DNA of 60,996 nucleotides from Kiritimatiellia bacterium. Lineage in GTDB: Bacteria; Verrucomicrobiota; Kiritimatiellia; RFP12; UBA1067. Every line of letters begins with the position of its first letter. The stretch's first letter is position 1. Of the stretch, positions 30,501 to 39,092 are shown piece after piece. The notes beneath the pieces are model-generated. The model ran no database searches, was not told where the DNA came from, and worked only from the letters and a program-made list of their open reading frames with translations. Where the stretch lies: positions 1 to 60,996 of the forward strand of contig JAFXXW010000007.1 of the NCBI GenBank assembly GCA_017542055.1, read 5' to 3'. The translations under genes were made by a program, and so were the position numbers.

Positions 30501-32276
30501 TCACGCCTTTTCGTTCAGGAAGTAAAGCTTGGCGCCTTGACGAAGACCCTGCTTTACGAGTATGAGCCCGCGCTCCACCAGCATCGCCTCGATATTGTCC
30601 ATTTCCTTTATGTCGGAAATATGGCTGCCTTTGGAGACCGTTCCACGTTTGAGTCCGGTGGGAACATTGTGCTCTTTGATATACTGGTAGACGCGCAAGA
30701 GCTTTTTCTCTTTTTCGTCCACGTTCATGAATTTCTTGGACTGCGCAATGACGCGCGCAATAATGGACTGACACAGTTCCCATGCCCAGTTTACGCCTTC
30801 GAGCGTGACGACTGGCTCTTTGGGATCTTGACTGATGGCGTAGAGGAGCGCCAGCTTGCCCGTCTGCTCGATCGCGCGACCCCAAATGGCCATGCCGGAA
30901 TCGTCGCCCTTGCGCGAGAGTTTGTCGATGAGCGCGTCCATCTGCTTGGCGAGCTCTTTGAAGCGCTCCTTGACGCCGGGACCGTCCTGCGCGAGTCGGC
31001 GTTGGGGCATTTCGCGATCGAAGAAGTCGGGGTTGAGTTCGATCGTCTTATGGAGGTCGTCCACGAGTTCCGGGGGAATCGTCACCGCCGCTTTGCGATC
31101 TTCGTTACGCTTCGGGAGTAGGCGCGTTTCGATGATGACGCAGCGATTCAAAAGTCCGCTCAAAATCGTCTTTTCGGTAATTTCCTCGTAAAAGAGCGTG
31201 GGCGTGGCGCAGCCGAAAATGGTGAGGGATGGATTCACGGCCACCGGGGCGCTCTCGCTTTTGCCGTAGCTCGATTTGGCGCGGGCGCGGGCGCGATGGA
31301 CCGTTTCGCTGGCGGAAAAGATTTGCAAAAGGTAGTTGTAGAACGCATCCCCGCCGCCCTGCCGCTTGTCGTTCATGACATGCAGGAGATTGCTGATTTC
31401 ATCGATCTGGAAGATGGCGCTGGGCGATTCGATGATAGCGTCTTCCGTGGCTTGGCCGGACGCAGGCTGCTCGTAGAACGACCGGGCGATTTGCAGTTTG
31501 TGTCCGATGGCCATATTGACCGAGCGCGGCTTTTGCTTGCCGAAGGTTGAGGGCGCCACCAGGATGATGTAGAGGTTGGGGTACGTGCCGCGCGAGTCGG
31601 TGTAGTTGCGTCCGGCGAGGTGCGAAAGGACAGCGAGTGCGCCCGCGAGCGCGATGGCGCGGTTGGGGTGGACGGCGCTTTCCAGGGTGACGTTCATGAT
31701 CCGGTCGATGAGACCCGGCACGTGCGTGAGCTTTTCGGGCGTGGAATAGAGGTCGGCGAGGTTTTCCTCTTCGTTGGACGCGAGCTCGCCTAAGAGCGAG
31801 GCCACGGCGCGATAGTCGGCGCGCAGGACATCCATTTCGCGCTGGAGCGCGTCCACCCGGAGACCGACGGTCAGCGAAGGATCCTGCATGATCCGGATGA
31901 TGTGCTCCTGGTAGTTGCCGAACATGTCGGCGAACTTGAGGAACGCCACGTCTTCGACGTCGATCTTTTCGGGCACGGAGTCCACGAGTCCGCTAAAGGT
32001 GCGCCGGGGGTCGTCGCAGTTGCGCGCGAGGATGTTCTGACGCGTTTCGCGCGCGTCGTCCGTCTCTTCGTCGCCCGCTTTGAGGATTTCGGGGAAGGCG
32101 TCGCGGAATACGGGATCGTTGAATTTTATGCTTTCGAGCCCCGCTCCCAAAACGATAGGAAACATGGCTTTCGGACGGAATACCATCGCAGCGATAACCC
32201 GTGTCTCGCGCCGCTGCCGCTCGAGCTTGATCTCGGCTTGCAGTTGTTCCTGCTTCTTCTGTTCTTCTTCAGTCAT
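30501..32276 (-). CDS. DUF3987-type (P4 alpha / VirE-like) replicative helicase with DnaB-N-like start and C-terminal winged-helix
   Basis: P-loop LVAPSTFGKQKP, Walker-B-like IFQIDEISNLL, then NPSLTIFGCATP and LLNRCVIIE segments resembling Pfam DUF3987. The N-terminus (ETRVIAAMVF...IKFNDPVFRDAF) resembles DnaB-N. Recognised by eye only. Confidence 0.55.
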   Translation of the reverse strand: MTEEEQKKQEQLQAEIKLERQRRETRVIAAMVFRPKAMFPIVLGAGLESIKFNDPVFRDAFPEILKAGDEETDDARETRQNILARNCDDPRRTFSGLVDSVPEKIDVEDVAFLKFADMFGNYQEHIIRIMQDPSLTVGLRVDALQREMDVLRADYRAVASLLGELASNEEENLADLYSTPEKLTHVPGLIDRIMNVTLESAVHPNRAIALAGALAVLSHLAGRNYTDSRGTYPNLYIILVAPSTFGKQKPRSVNMAIGHKLQIARSFYEQPASGQATEDAIIESPSAIFQIDEISNLLHVMNDKRQGGGDAFYNYLLQIFSASETVHRARARAKSSYGKSESAPVAVNPSLTIFGCATPTLFYEEITEKTILSGLLNRCVIIETRLLPKRNEDRKAAVTIPPELVDDLHKTIELNPDFFDREMPQRRLAQDGPGVKERFKELAKQMDALIDKLSRKGDDSGMAIWGRAIEQTGKLALLYAISQDPKEPVVTLEGVNWAWELCQSIIARVIAQSKKFMNVDEKEKKLLRVYQYIKEHNVPTGLKRGTVSKGSHISDIKEMDNIEAMLVERGLILVKQGLRQGAKLYFLNEKA

Positions 32277-32286
32277 AGCGCCTCAT

Positions 32287-32316
32287 ATTATACCATATTT
32301 TCCGCCCCTTTGTCAA
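32287..32316 (-). promoter_or_regulatory. Promoter of helicase gene (TTGACA-18nt-TGGTATAAT)
   Basis: Reverse strand: TTGACA (32316-32311), TGGTATAAT (32295-32287). 10 nt separate the -10 box and ATG 32276. Confidence 0.65.
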
Positions 32317-32318
32317 GT

Positions 32319-32535
32319 CCCAATTCCCCCGCGGGACATTTCCCAATTCCCCCGCAGGACTTTTGCCAAATCTCCCGCAGGACTTTCCCCAATTCCCCCG
32401 CAGGGCTTTCCCCAAGTCTCCGTGCAGACTCCAAAAAGTCTACACGCTCACTTTGCAAAGTGTGCACGTAAACTTTCAAAAGTCTACACGCTCACTTTAC
32501 CCAAGTCTCCGTGCAGACTTTACAAAGTCGAGACG
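32319..32535. repeat. Iteron-like array, family III (~10 contiguous 21-24-bp units, CCAAnTCTCCnnGCAGACTTT / AAAGTCTACACGCTCACTTT)
   Basis: Unit starts at 32319, 32342, 32366, 32388, 32411, 32432, 32455, 32477, 32499 and 32521. The same family recurs at 56978-57063. Confidence 0.85.
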
Positions 32536-32551
32536 ATAAATATGTTTGACT

Positions 32552-33901
32552 CTATGCCTTTTTCTGCATACTCATTGCCGAATAGCCGGCAAGTATAGCG
32601 AAGAACGGGATCATTATGTACCTATAACGAGTTGCCGTAATCGGGCCAATGACAGCTGCGAGCAGGATGATACTAAGCAAAGGACTCAATACCAACAAGT
32701 AGCCGCCAAACGACAAGTCTTTATATCGCCGTATGCTTTTAATTGCGCCAATCGCTACCAGCAAATATCCTCCCAGCAGAACCAGCCAACTTACTATCTG
32801 CACACCGGCACCAAGCGCCTTTTCGCCTAAGGTATATGGCGTTTCATATTGCACCTGGTAACCGCGCGCCACACCTGAACTCCACATGTTGTCAAGCGCG
32901 TCGCAAGTTCTTTCCAGTCCCAAGTATCGCAGCAATGCAACCGTTCCGGTTCCCGCATACAAACGCGGATGGGTTTTCGCCGTATATATCATATACTCCG
33001 GCAGGTGAGCCATTAATTGCTCCCGCGCATACTTACCCATAAGTTTCGACCGTTTCATCAAATCGTAATCGGCAATTTCACTTTCAAACCGTTCCATATC
33101 GGCGAGAACCGCTTCCTTCTCTCCGACCGGGAGCAGCTGCGCCAGCCTCCCCCAATTGCAACTGTAAAGATTGGTTCCGGAAATCGACGTAATTCCGGCT
33201 GTTCCAAATGCCAACTTGTTTCTGACCATCCAAGGACTCAAACCAATCGCCACTATCGCAACCCCGGCCACTACCATTGCCAGTTTCTTTTTCCAGGTTG
33301 ACCCATACACCAGTATCAGCGCCAAGATAAACGCCAATGCCAACGGGATGCAAATTGGCTTGGCATAAATTGCCACCACAAAGGAAATAAACGAGCCAAT
33401 CAAGCACTTGACGTTCCCGTTAACCCCTCTAAAATAAAGCCACAACGCCACTATCACCGAAGACACCGCCAACTGATCGGGCATGTGGAATAGCGAATAA
33501 ATAACCGTATCGGGCATAAACAGCAATACCGCCACGCCTAACGTAATTTGAGTATCTCCAAACGAAAACGGCTTGTTCCGGAGCAAAGCAATCATTGCTA
33601 TAATGCCTACTACCACCAACAGAATATTGATTAATCCCGCAATATGCTGAGTGGCCGGCACCGAACCGGTAGCCCAATAGACCGCTGCCATTATTCCTGG
33701 CCACAACGGCATGTCGTGGGCAGATGGCATCGGGGCGTCAGACTGCGCAGTCGAAAACACCCCATGATCGATTAGATTGATACTTTCCGTCAGATAGCGA
33801 AGCCCATCATCACCCTCCGGCGAAGATTGAAATGCCCATAGGCACAGTCGCAACCCCACCCCGGCAATTACAACCCACTTCAACCACTTACTTCCCTTCA
33901 T
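32552..33901 (-). CDS. Polytopic GT-C-type glycosyltransferase (ArnT/PMT/GT39-like)
   Basis: ORF 32552..34099 trimmed to [11 protein letters not shown] (33901). Roughly 11-12 TM segments with an early acidic loop ([11 protein letters not shown]), as in GT-C enzymes. Family call is by architecture only. Confidence 0.5.
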   Translation of the reverse strand: MKGSKWLKWVVIAGVGLRLCLWAFQSSPEGDDGLRYLTESINLIDHGVFSTAQSDAPMPSAHDMPLWPGIMAAVYWATGSVPATQHIAGLINILLVVVGIIAMIALLRNKPFSFGDTQITLGVAVLLFMPDTVIYSLFHMPDQLAVSSVIVALWLYFRGVNGNVKCLIGSFISFVVAIYAKPICIPLALAFILALILVYGSTWKKKLAMVVAGVAIVAIGLSPWMVRNKLAFGTAGITSISGTNLYSCNWGRLAQLLPVGEKEAVLADMERFESEIADYDLMKRSKLMGKYAREQLMAHLPEYMIYTAKTHPRLYAGTGTVALLRYLGLERTCDALDNMWSSGVARGYQVQYETPYTLGEKALGAGVQIVSWLVLLGGYLLVAIGAIKSIRRYKDLSFGGYLLVLSPLLSIILLAAVIGPITATRYRYIMIPFFAILAGYSAMSMQKKA

Positions 33902-35411
33902 GATATTCTTCCTCGGTATTGACGTTCCAAACTGTGGATTTGGCGGTTTCACCCAAGAGCGCACGAACCGCCTCGATGCCGCAAAGCATGGAGTGGTCCA
34001 TATTGTTATAACGATGCTGCCCGTTCCGGCCAATGCAGTAGAGGTTACCGAAACCATCCAGCCAATCGCGCACCTTGCCGAATTCGGCATAGGAACCAAA
34101 ATAGGCGGGATAAGCCTTCTTCACCTTGATGCGAACGCTCTTGATGACCGGCTCGTCCGCTCCCAACACCCCGATATGACGCAACTCCTCAACCGCCATA
34201 TCGATGAATGGCTTGTCTTCCATCGTCCAGAACTTGTCCCCTTCCGTGCAGAAGTATTCAAGCCCCACCCAAACATGCTTGGTAACATCGTCCACCATAT
34301 AAGGCGACCAGTTGTTGAAGATTTGGATGCGACCCATCCTTACGTCACGCTCCTGCACGTAGATCCAAGTGTCGGGTACGATATTGTTGACCGTCTTGAA
34401 CTGCGTCTGATTCTTGATGGCCAACTTGTCGACCAACAGGCCCACCGTGATAAAGTCGCGATAAGGCAACTCTGACGCGATTTTGGCTACTTCGGCCGGT
34501 TTCTGGTCGAATGCGGCAACCAGGTCTTTGACCGGCATCGAGGAGAAGACCGCATCGCACTCGAGGCGCGTACCGTCTTTCAGCTTGACCGCCTTTACCT
34601 GTCCGTCTTTGGTCTCGATGCCGACCGCTTGCGCGTTCATCCGCACCTCTACGCCCATACCGCGCAATTTGGCCGCCATAGTCTCCCAAAGCTGTCCCGG
34701 GCCTTTCTTGGGATAGATAAACTCGTCAATCAGCGAGGTTTCCTTCTTGCCGCCTTTGGGGATGAAAATGTTGAGGATGGCCTTCCACAGCGAGAGACCC
34801 TTTACTCGCTGGGCACCCCACGAAGGATCGATTTTGGACGGATGGATGCCCCACAACTTCTCGGTATAGTCCTCGAAGAACATCGAGTAAAGCACCTTGC
34901 CAAAGCGATTGATATAAAAATCTTCCAACGAGTTTTCGGGCCGCTTCTTGATTGCGCTATAAAGATAACTCCAACCGGCTTTCCAGGTACGAATCAGCCC
35001 CATCGCGATAAAGGTGGCCGGCTTGATGGAAATGGGATAATCGAAGAAATGGCGCAGATAGTAGATGCGGCTCACGCGATGCCGGCGCAGCATCACTTCG
35101 TCGGTCTCTTCCGGATCGGGACCGCATGCTTCCACGTGACATTCGCGCCCGAGGATCGTGTCATCCTTGGCGGGCTTGCCTTGAATAGGCATCAGCTCGG
35201 CCCAAAGATCGTTCACCTCTTTCGACTTGGAGAAGAACCGATGCCCTCCAATATCGATGCGGCATCCCTCATAAACCGCAGTGCGCGAAATGCCGCCTAT
35301 TTCGGATGTCTCTTCAAGCACCACCACATCCCAATCCCGGGCCTTGCGCTTCAGTTCGTACGCGGCAGTAAGTCCCGCCGGACCCGCCCCGATAATAACG
35401 GCTCTTTTCAT
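33888..35411 (-). CDS. NAD(P)/FAD-dependent oxidoreductase (amine-oxidase / UDP-galactopyranose-mutase-like fold)
   Basis: N-terminal dinucleotide-binding motif [16 protein letters not shown]...[10 protein letters not shown]. 507 aa, soluble. Confidence 0.7.
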   Translation of the reverse strand: MKRAVIIGAGPAGLTAAYELKRKARDWDVVVLEETSEIGGISRTAVYEGCRIDIGGHRFFSKSKEVNDLWAELMPIQGKPAKDDTILGRECHVEACGPDPEETDEVMLRRHRVSRIYYLRHFFDYPISIKPATFIAMGLIRTWKAGWSYLYSAIKKRPENSLEDFYINRFGKVLYSMFFEDYTEKLWGIHPSKIDPSWGAQRVKGLSLWKAILNIFIPKGGKKETSLIDEFIYPKKGPGQLWETMAAKLRGMGVEVRMNAQAVGIETKDGQVKAVKLKDGTRLECDAVFSSMPVKDLVAAFDQKPAEVAKIASELPYRDFITVGLLVDKLAIKNQTQFKTVNNIVPDTWIYVQERDVRMGRIQIFNNWSPYMVDDVTKHVWVGLEYFCTEGDKFWTMEDKPFIDMAVEELRHIGVLGADEPVIKSVRIKVKKAYPAYFGSYAEFGKVRDWLDGFGNLYCIGRNGQHRYNNMDHSMLCGIEAVRALLGETAKSTVWNVNTEEEYHEGK

Positions 35412-35857
35412 TTGTTGCCAACTCCTTTGTCATTGAAAATAAGCAGCTTGCGACCTAGATAATTCCACACCAGCACAGCACCGGTCACGAATACTTTGAC
35501 TATCATATAATTCCAATCGAGAATCTCAATGCCGAACCACATACCAATCTCGGTCAGCACCAGGCCTAAGAGCCCGATTATCCCAAAGACCAGAAACGCC
35601 CCGAAGCTACGCCCCTTCCCTTTATCCTTCGCCTGCGTGAACACAAACCACAGCGATAGCGCGTAATTGACCGCCAACCCGACGATAAAGCCAAACACGG
35701 TTGCGATATACACGCCCAGCGCCCAGTCCTTGAGAAAACACTCCTGCACCAACACCAACGTTCCAAAGTCCGCCAGAAAAGCGATCCCGCCCACGATAAC
35801 ATAACGCAAAAACTCACCTGCCAATATCTTGGCCGATGCAACTACGCCTGTCTTCAT
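35408..35857 (-). CDS. gtrA: GtrA-family membrane protein
   Basis: 149 aa with four TMs. N-terminal [17 protein letters not shown] motif typical of GtrA-like proteins. GGAG Shine-Dalgarno upstream. Confidence 0.7.
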   Translation of the reverse strand: MKTGVVASAKILAGEFLRYVIVGGIAFLADFGTLVLVQECFLKDWALGVYIATVFGFIVGLAVNYALSLWFVFTQAKDKGKGRSFGAFLVFGIIGLLGLVLTEIGMWFGIEILDWNYMIVKVFVTGAVLVWNYLGRKLLIFNDKGVGNK

Positions 35858-36164
35858 TATCGTTTACGCTCTCCTTTCCGCCCCTCCACCCGCACGGAAA
35901 AGAAAAAGGGCGATTCTAGTCCGTGTCTCAAGTGAGGCTCTGGAATGCCCGATACGAAACACGTTAGAATACGCCCAGAGGACGCACTCCATACCATGTG
36001 TGACTCGTATCGTAGAAATTTTCCAGATTTCACTTGAGCCAACATAGCAGAATGCTAAGTTGAATTGTCGCGCTCCTGCACTCGCAGTGGCGACGCGTGC
36101 CGGGTAAAGACTCCCATCTTCCCGGCTATGACAAAGATCAAATCGGGGGATTTCCCCGTTAGAT
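35858..36164 (-). other. ~305-nt untranslated leader (possible cis-regulatory RNA) between promoter module B and gtrA
   Basis: No convincing ORF. The minus-strand transcript contains hairpins CGGGGAAAUCCCCCG, GCCGGG-16nt-CCCGGC and GUCGC..CUGC-GAGU-GCAG..GCGAC. Confidence 0.4.
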
Positions 36165-36165
36165 G

Positions 36166-36275
36166 CTAATATTATACCATATTCCCACCCTTTCCGTCAA
36201 GCGGAAAGTGCGAAAACTCCTAAACTCCAAAACTCCCCCGAGCGAAAGCAACTCCCCTCCCCGTCAAGCGGGAAA
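36166..36275 (-). promoter_or_regulatory. Conserved promoter module, copy B (TTGACG-18nt-TGGTATAAT plus upstream tract and second CCGTCAAGCGG box)
   Basis: Reverse strand: TTGACG (36200-36195), TGGTATAAT (36179-36171). CCGTCAAGCGG boxes at 36194-36204 and 36261-36271, 67 bp apart, as in copy C. Confidence 0.65.
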
Positions 36276-36289
36276 TGGAAATGGTCGCG

Positions 36290-37060
36290 TTACAGGCCGG
36301 AGGGGAGGATGCGCTCGAGATACCACTGGGTGAGCGTCTGGAGCTGGTCGTAGGCGAAGGTGCGCTCTTTCGTCCATTTGGCAAGGAACGCGCCCAGCCA
36401 CCACACGTCGCGGGCGCCCGCGCCCCAGGTGGAGTCGGTGGCCAGCCACTTCTCGAACTTGCGTTTGAGTCGCCGCTGGTCCTTGGACTCCGGCGAACGC
36501 CACACGGCGAGAAAGAAATTGTCCGAGCTCTCCTTAGGCGTAGAGAGCCGGGCGTCGAACATGTCGGACCCCTCGTGCGCCAGCAGCGAAACCTTGTTGC
36601 CGAGCCCGCCGCTGTAACCGGTGAGACTGCCGTCCGCACCGGTCACCCGGTGGCAGGGAACGACGATCGCGATCGGATTCCACCCCACCGCGCCGCCGAC
36701 CGCCCGCGCGGAAACCGGCTTGCCGCCCTGCCGCTTGGACAAAGCCTTGGCGATGTCGCCGTAGGACGCGGTGGCGCCGTACGGAATCCGCTTCACCTCC
36801 TCCAATACGTCCCGGCGGAAGTCCGTCAAGCCATCGAATCGGCACGCGGGCGCAAAGCCGGGATCGCGTCCGGCGAAGTATTCGTCCAGCCAGCGGCACG
36901 TGTCGCGAAAAACGGGAGTCTCGCGCATCTCCCCGCCCTCCGCGAGCGGAGAAAAAGCGCGCGAACCTTCGAACCACAAACCGGTCAGCGCCTCGTCGTC
37001 GCCTTCCAGCAAGAGATCGTCGAAGCTTGCCGGAGTGGAATAGCGCCAAAAGTATTTCAT
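36290..37060 (-). CDS. ogt: Methylated-DNA--protein-cysteine methyltransferase with ~90-aa C-terminal extension
   Basis: IPYGATASYGDIA and the active site IVVPCHRV. The canonical domain ends near residue 165 of 256. Confidence 0.85.
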   Translation of the reverse strand: MKYFWRYSTPASFDDLLLEGDDEALTGLWFEGSRAFSPLAEGGEMRETPVFRDTCRWLDEYFAGRDPGFAPACRFDGLTDFRRDVLEEVKRIPYGATASYGDIAKALSKRQGGKPVSARAVGGAVGWNPIAIVVPCHRVTGADGSLTGYSGGLGNKVSLLAHEGSDMFDARLSTPKESSDNFFLAVWRSPESKDQRRLKRKFEKWLATDSTWGAGARDVWWLGAFLAKWTKERTFAYDQLQTLTQWYLERILPSGL

Positions 37061-37902
37061 CGTTCGCTCCTCTCCCCGGCCACCCGGGACCGGGCGAAGA
37101 GTCGGGCCACCAAGGCGCCGCTCACGTTATGCCAGACGCTGAAGATGGCGCCCGGCACCGCGGCCATGGGATAGGCGGCGAAATGCACGGCCGCGAGGCT
37201 CGCCGCGAGACCCGAATTCTGCATACCCACCTCGATGGCGAGCGCCCGGCGCTTGGGTTCCGCGAGCCGGCACGCGAAAGCGAGGAGGTAGCCGAGGGCC
37301 ATCCCCAAGGCGTTGTGCAGCATGACGACGAGCAAAACAGCATATCCACCCTGGGCGAGTCGACCAAAATTGGCCCGAACGACGAGCGCCAGAATGACGG
37401 CGATCGCCACCGAAGAGACGGTAGGCATGAAGCGCACCACGCGTTCGGTCGCTTTGGGGAAGCAGCGCTTGGCCGCAAACCCGAGCGCGATCGGGAGCAC
37501 CACCACCCAGAGGATGCCGACGAACATGCCGACGGCGTCCACCGCCACCGTCCGGCCCGCCAGGAGCAGCGTCAACGCCGGGGTCAGAAACGGCGCCAAC
37601 AGCGTGGAGACGCCCGTCATGCCGACGGAAAGCGCGAGGTCGCCCTTGGCGAGATACGTCATCACGTTCGACGCGGTTCCGCCGGGACAGCACCCCACGA
37701 GAATCACGCCCAACGTCAGCGCTTCGTCGAGACCGAACAGCCGCGCCAGCGCCCAGGCCAAGGCGGGCATGATGGTAAACTGCGCCGCGCAGCCGATGAG
37801 GATGTCTTTGGGTCGGCTGAACACCACCTTGAAATCTTCGAGCCGGGTGGCGAGGCCCATCCCGAACATGACGACACCCAAGAGAATAGCGATTACGTTC
37901 AT
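37057..37902 (-). CDS. Bile acid:sodium symporter (BASS/SBF) family transporter
   Basis: ORF 37057..38214 trimmed to MNVIAILLG. Contains GVILVGCCPGGTASNVMTYLAKGDLALSV, the family signature region. Confidence 0.75.
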   Translation of the reverse strand: MNVIAILLGVVMFGMGLATRLEDFKVVFSRPKDILIGCAAQFTIMPALAWALARLFGLDEALTLGVILVGCCPGGTASNVMTYLAKGDLALSVGMTGVSTLLAPFLTPALTLLLAGRTVAVDAVGMFVGILWVVVLPIALGFAAKRCFPKATERVVRFMPTVSSVAIAVILALVVRANFGRLAQGGYAVLLVVMLHNALGMALGYLLAFACRLAEPKRRALAIEVGMQNSGLAASLAAVHFAAYPMAAVPGAIFSVWHNVSGALVARLFARSRVAGERSER

Positions 37903-38975
37903 ATTTTGCGGCAAATGGAAGTTACGGCCAAGCGCGCGGTGGCGAAGGCCAACGAAAGATTGTATCCGCCGGTGGGGCCGTCGAGGTCGAGCACTTCGCC
38001 GGCGAAGTAAAGTCCCGGCACCTTGCGCGACTCCATCGTGTCCGGATCCACGTCGTCCAGCGACACGCCCCCGATGGTGACGATGGCCTCTTTGACCGGT
38101 CGGGGCCGGATGTGCTCCAGGCGAACCGTCTCCCCGCCGAACGACGCCTCGAGCGTCAGGTCCGCCATTCTGCCCGGATGCTCGCGCAGCCAATGTTCGA
38201 CGAAGCGCTGGCAATTGTAGACGGCAGCGCCGCTAAGTCCGAAAGTCTCGCAGTCCACCTCGCCGCGATAGGCGTACAGCACGCGGCCGGACAAGTCCAG
38301 CACCCGGGCCTGCGCCTCCTCGAAGCGCTCCCCGGCCCGACGCACCACGCGCGGATCGGTCGTTTCGAGTCCGATCAGTCCCGGCCGGTACGGCACCAGC
38401 GCGTGTCCGAGTTCCGACGCGAAACGCTGGCCGTCGCCCGTCGAGCCGAGTTTGGGATAGCTGACGCCGCCGGTGGCCAAAAGCACGTGCTCGGCCCATA
38501 GCGTGAAATTGGGCGTGGCCACGATGAAACCGGTCTTCTGGGGCTGGATGCCGGCAACCGGACAATTGGCGACGATCGGCACGCCGTTATCGCGCAAGAG
38601 ATCGCCGAAGGCATGCACGATGGTGGCGGCCTTGCCGTCGGCCGGGAACATCCTTCCGTCCGCCATGCGCTTTAGTCCCACCCCGAGCGACTTGAACCCG
38701 GCGATGATCTTGCGCGGCGGACATTCGCGCACGGCCTTGGCGGCGAACGGCGCGGCGGGACCCAAATCCGACAGGAACTGCTCGGCGGAAATGTCTTTGG
38801 CGAAATTGCAGCGACCGTTGGCGGTCATCAGCACCTTGGACCCCAAGCGCGCCTTGCGCTCGAACACCACGCAGGGCAGCTTGCGCTCGGCGGCCACCGC
38901 GGCGGCGAACATTCCGGCGGCGCCACCGCCGACGATCGCCAACTTTACCGGTGTGTGCTTAAGCGCTTTTGCCAT
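37899..38975 (-). CDS. BaiN/RdsA (HI0933/YhiN-like) FAD-dependent oxidoreductase
   Basis: IVGGGAAGMFAA dinucleotide motif, LMTANGRCNF, and C-terminal GLYFAGEVLDLDGPTGGYNL, typical of this family. Confidence 0.7.
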   Translation of the reverse strand: MAKALKHTPVKLAIVGGGAAGMFAAAVAAERKLPCVVFERKARLGSKVLMTANGRCNFAKDISAEQFLSDLGPAAPFAAKAVRECPPRKIIAGFKSLGVGLKRMADGRMFPADGKAATIVHAFGDLLRDNGVPIVANCPVAGIQPQKTGFIVATPNFTLWAEHVLLATGGVSYPKLGSTGDGQRFASELGHALVPYRPGLIGLETTDPRVVRRAGERFEEAQARVLDLSGRVLYAYRGEVDCETFGLSGAAVYNCQRFVEHWLREHPGRMADLTLEASFGGETVRLEHIRPRPVKEAIVTIGGVSLDDVDPDTMESRKVPGLYFAGEVLDLDGPTGGYNLSLAFATARLAVTSICRKI

Positions 38976-38991
38976 GCTGGATTTTGGGGAT

Positions 38992-39068
38992 TGGTCGGAG
39001 CGGAGGGATTCGAACCCTCGACCTTTTGTACCCGAAACAAACGCGCTACCAGGCTGCGCTACGCTCCG
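38992..39068 (-). tRNA. tRNA-Pro (anticodon CGG)
   Basis: Reverse strand CGGAGCG-TA-GCGC-AGCCTGGTA-GCGC-G-TTTGT-TTCGGGT-ACAAA-AGGTC-GAGGG-TTCGAAT-CCCTC-CGCTCCG-ACCA. A full cloverleaf with encoded CCA. Confidence 0.9.
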
Positions 39069-39092
39069 AAGATTTTGTAAAAAACATCGTAT

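Larger units (their letters stand above)
29466..32535 (-). mobile_element. Plasmid/phage-like replication module: repeat arrays, AT-rich tract, orphan gene and DUF3987-type helicase; no integrase seen
   Basis: Visibly AT-richer than the flanks. It contains phased 22-23-bp repeat arrays on both sides of a helicase gene, an AT-rich stretch at 29808-29870, and its own consensus promoter. Confidence 0.5.

Noticed and set aside
35857-36045. 62-aa ORF in the gtrA leader as a real protein-coding gene (and the antisense 72-aa ORF 35829..36047)
   Set aside because: No motif, no TM segment, no Shine-Dalgarno. It is kept only as a possible regulatory uORF within the leader finding.
35990-36120. Cobalamin riboswitch in the gtrA leader (contains GCCACTG and a GGGAAG...CCCGGCAC segment)
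   Set aside because: No convincing B12 box (AGYCMGGAGACCKGCC-like) and no matching overall helix order by eye. The downstream genes have no link to cobalamin. An Infernal scan would be needed to revisit this.
29326-36275. Diversity-generating retroelement, retron, toxin-antitoxin or known defence system in the accessory island
   Set aside because: I recognised no reverse transcriptase, nuclease, toxin-like small gene pair or template/variable repeat pair. The only island genes are a helicase, one orphan and three glycan-modification genes.
38992-39068. tRNA-Pro as the integration site of the 29.3-36.3 kb island
   Set aside because: The island ends about 2.7 kb away, with three native-composition genes (ogt, BASS, baiN-like) in between. 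I saw no integrase and no duplicated copy of the tRNA 3' end.
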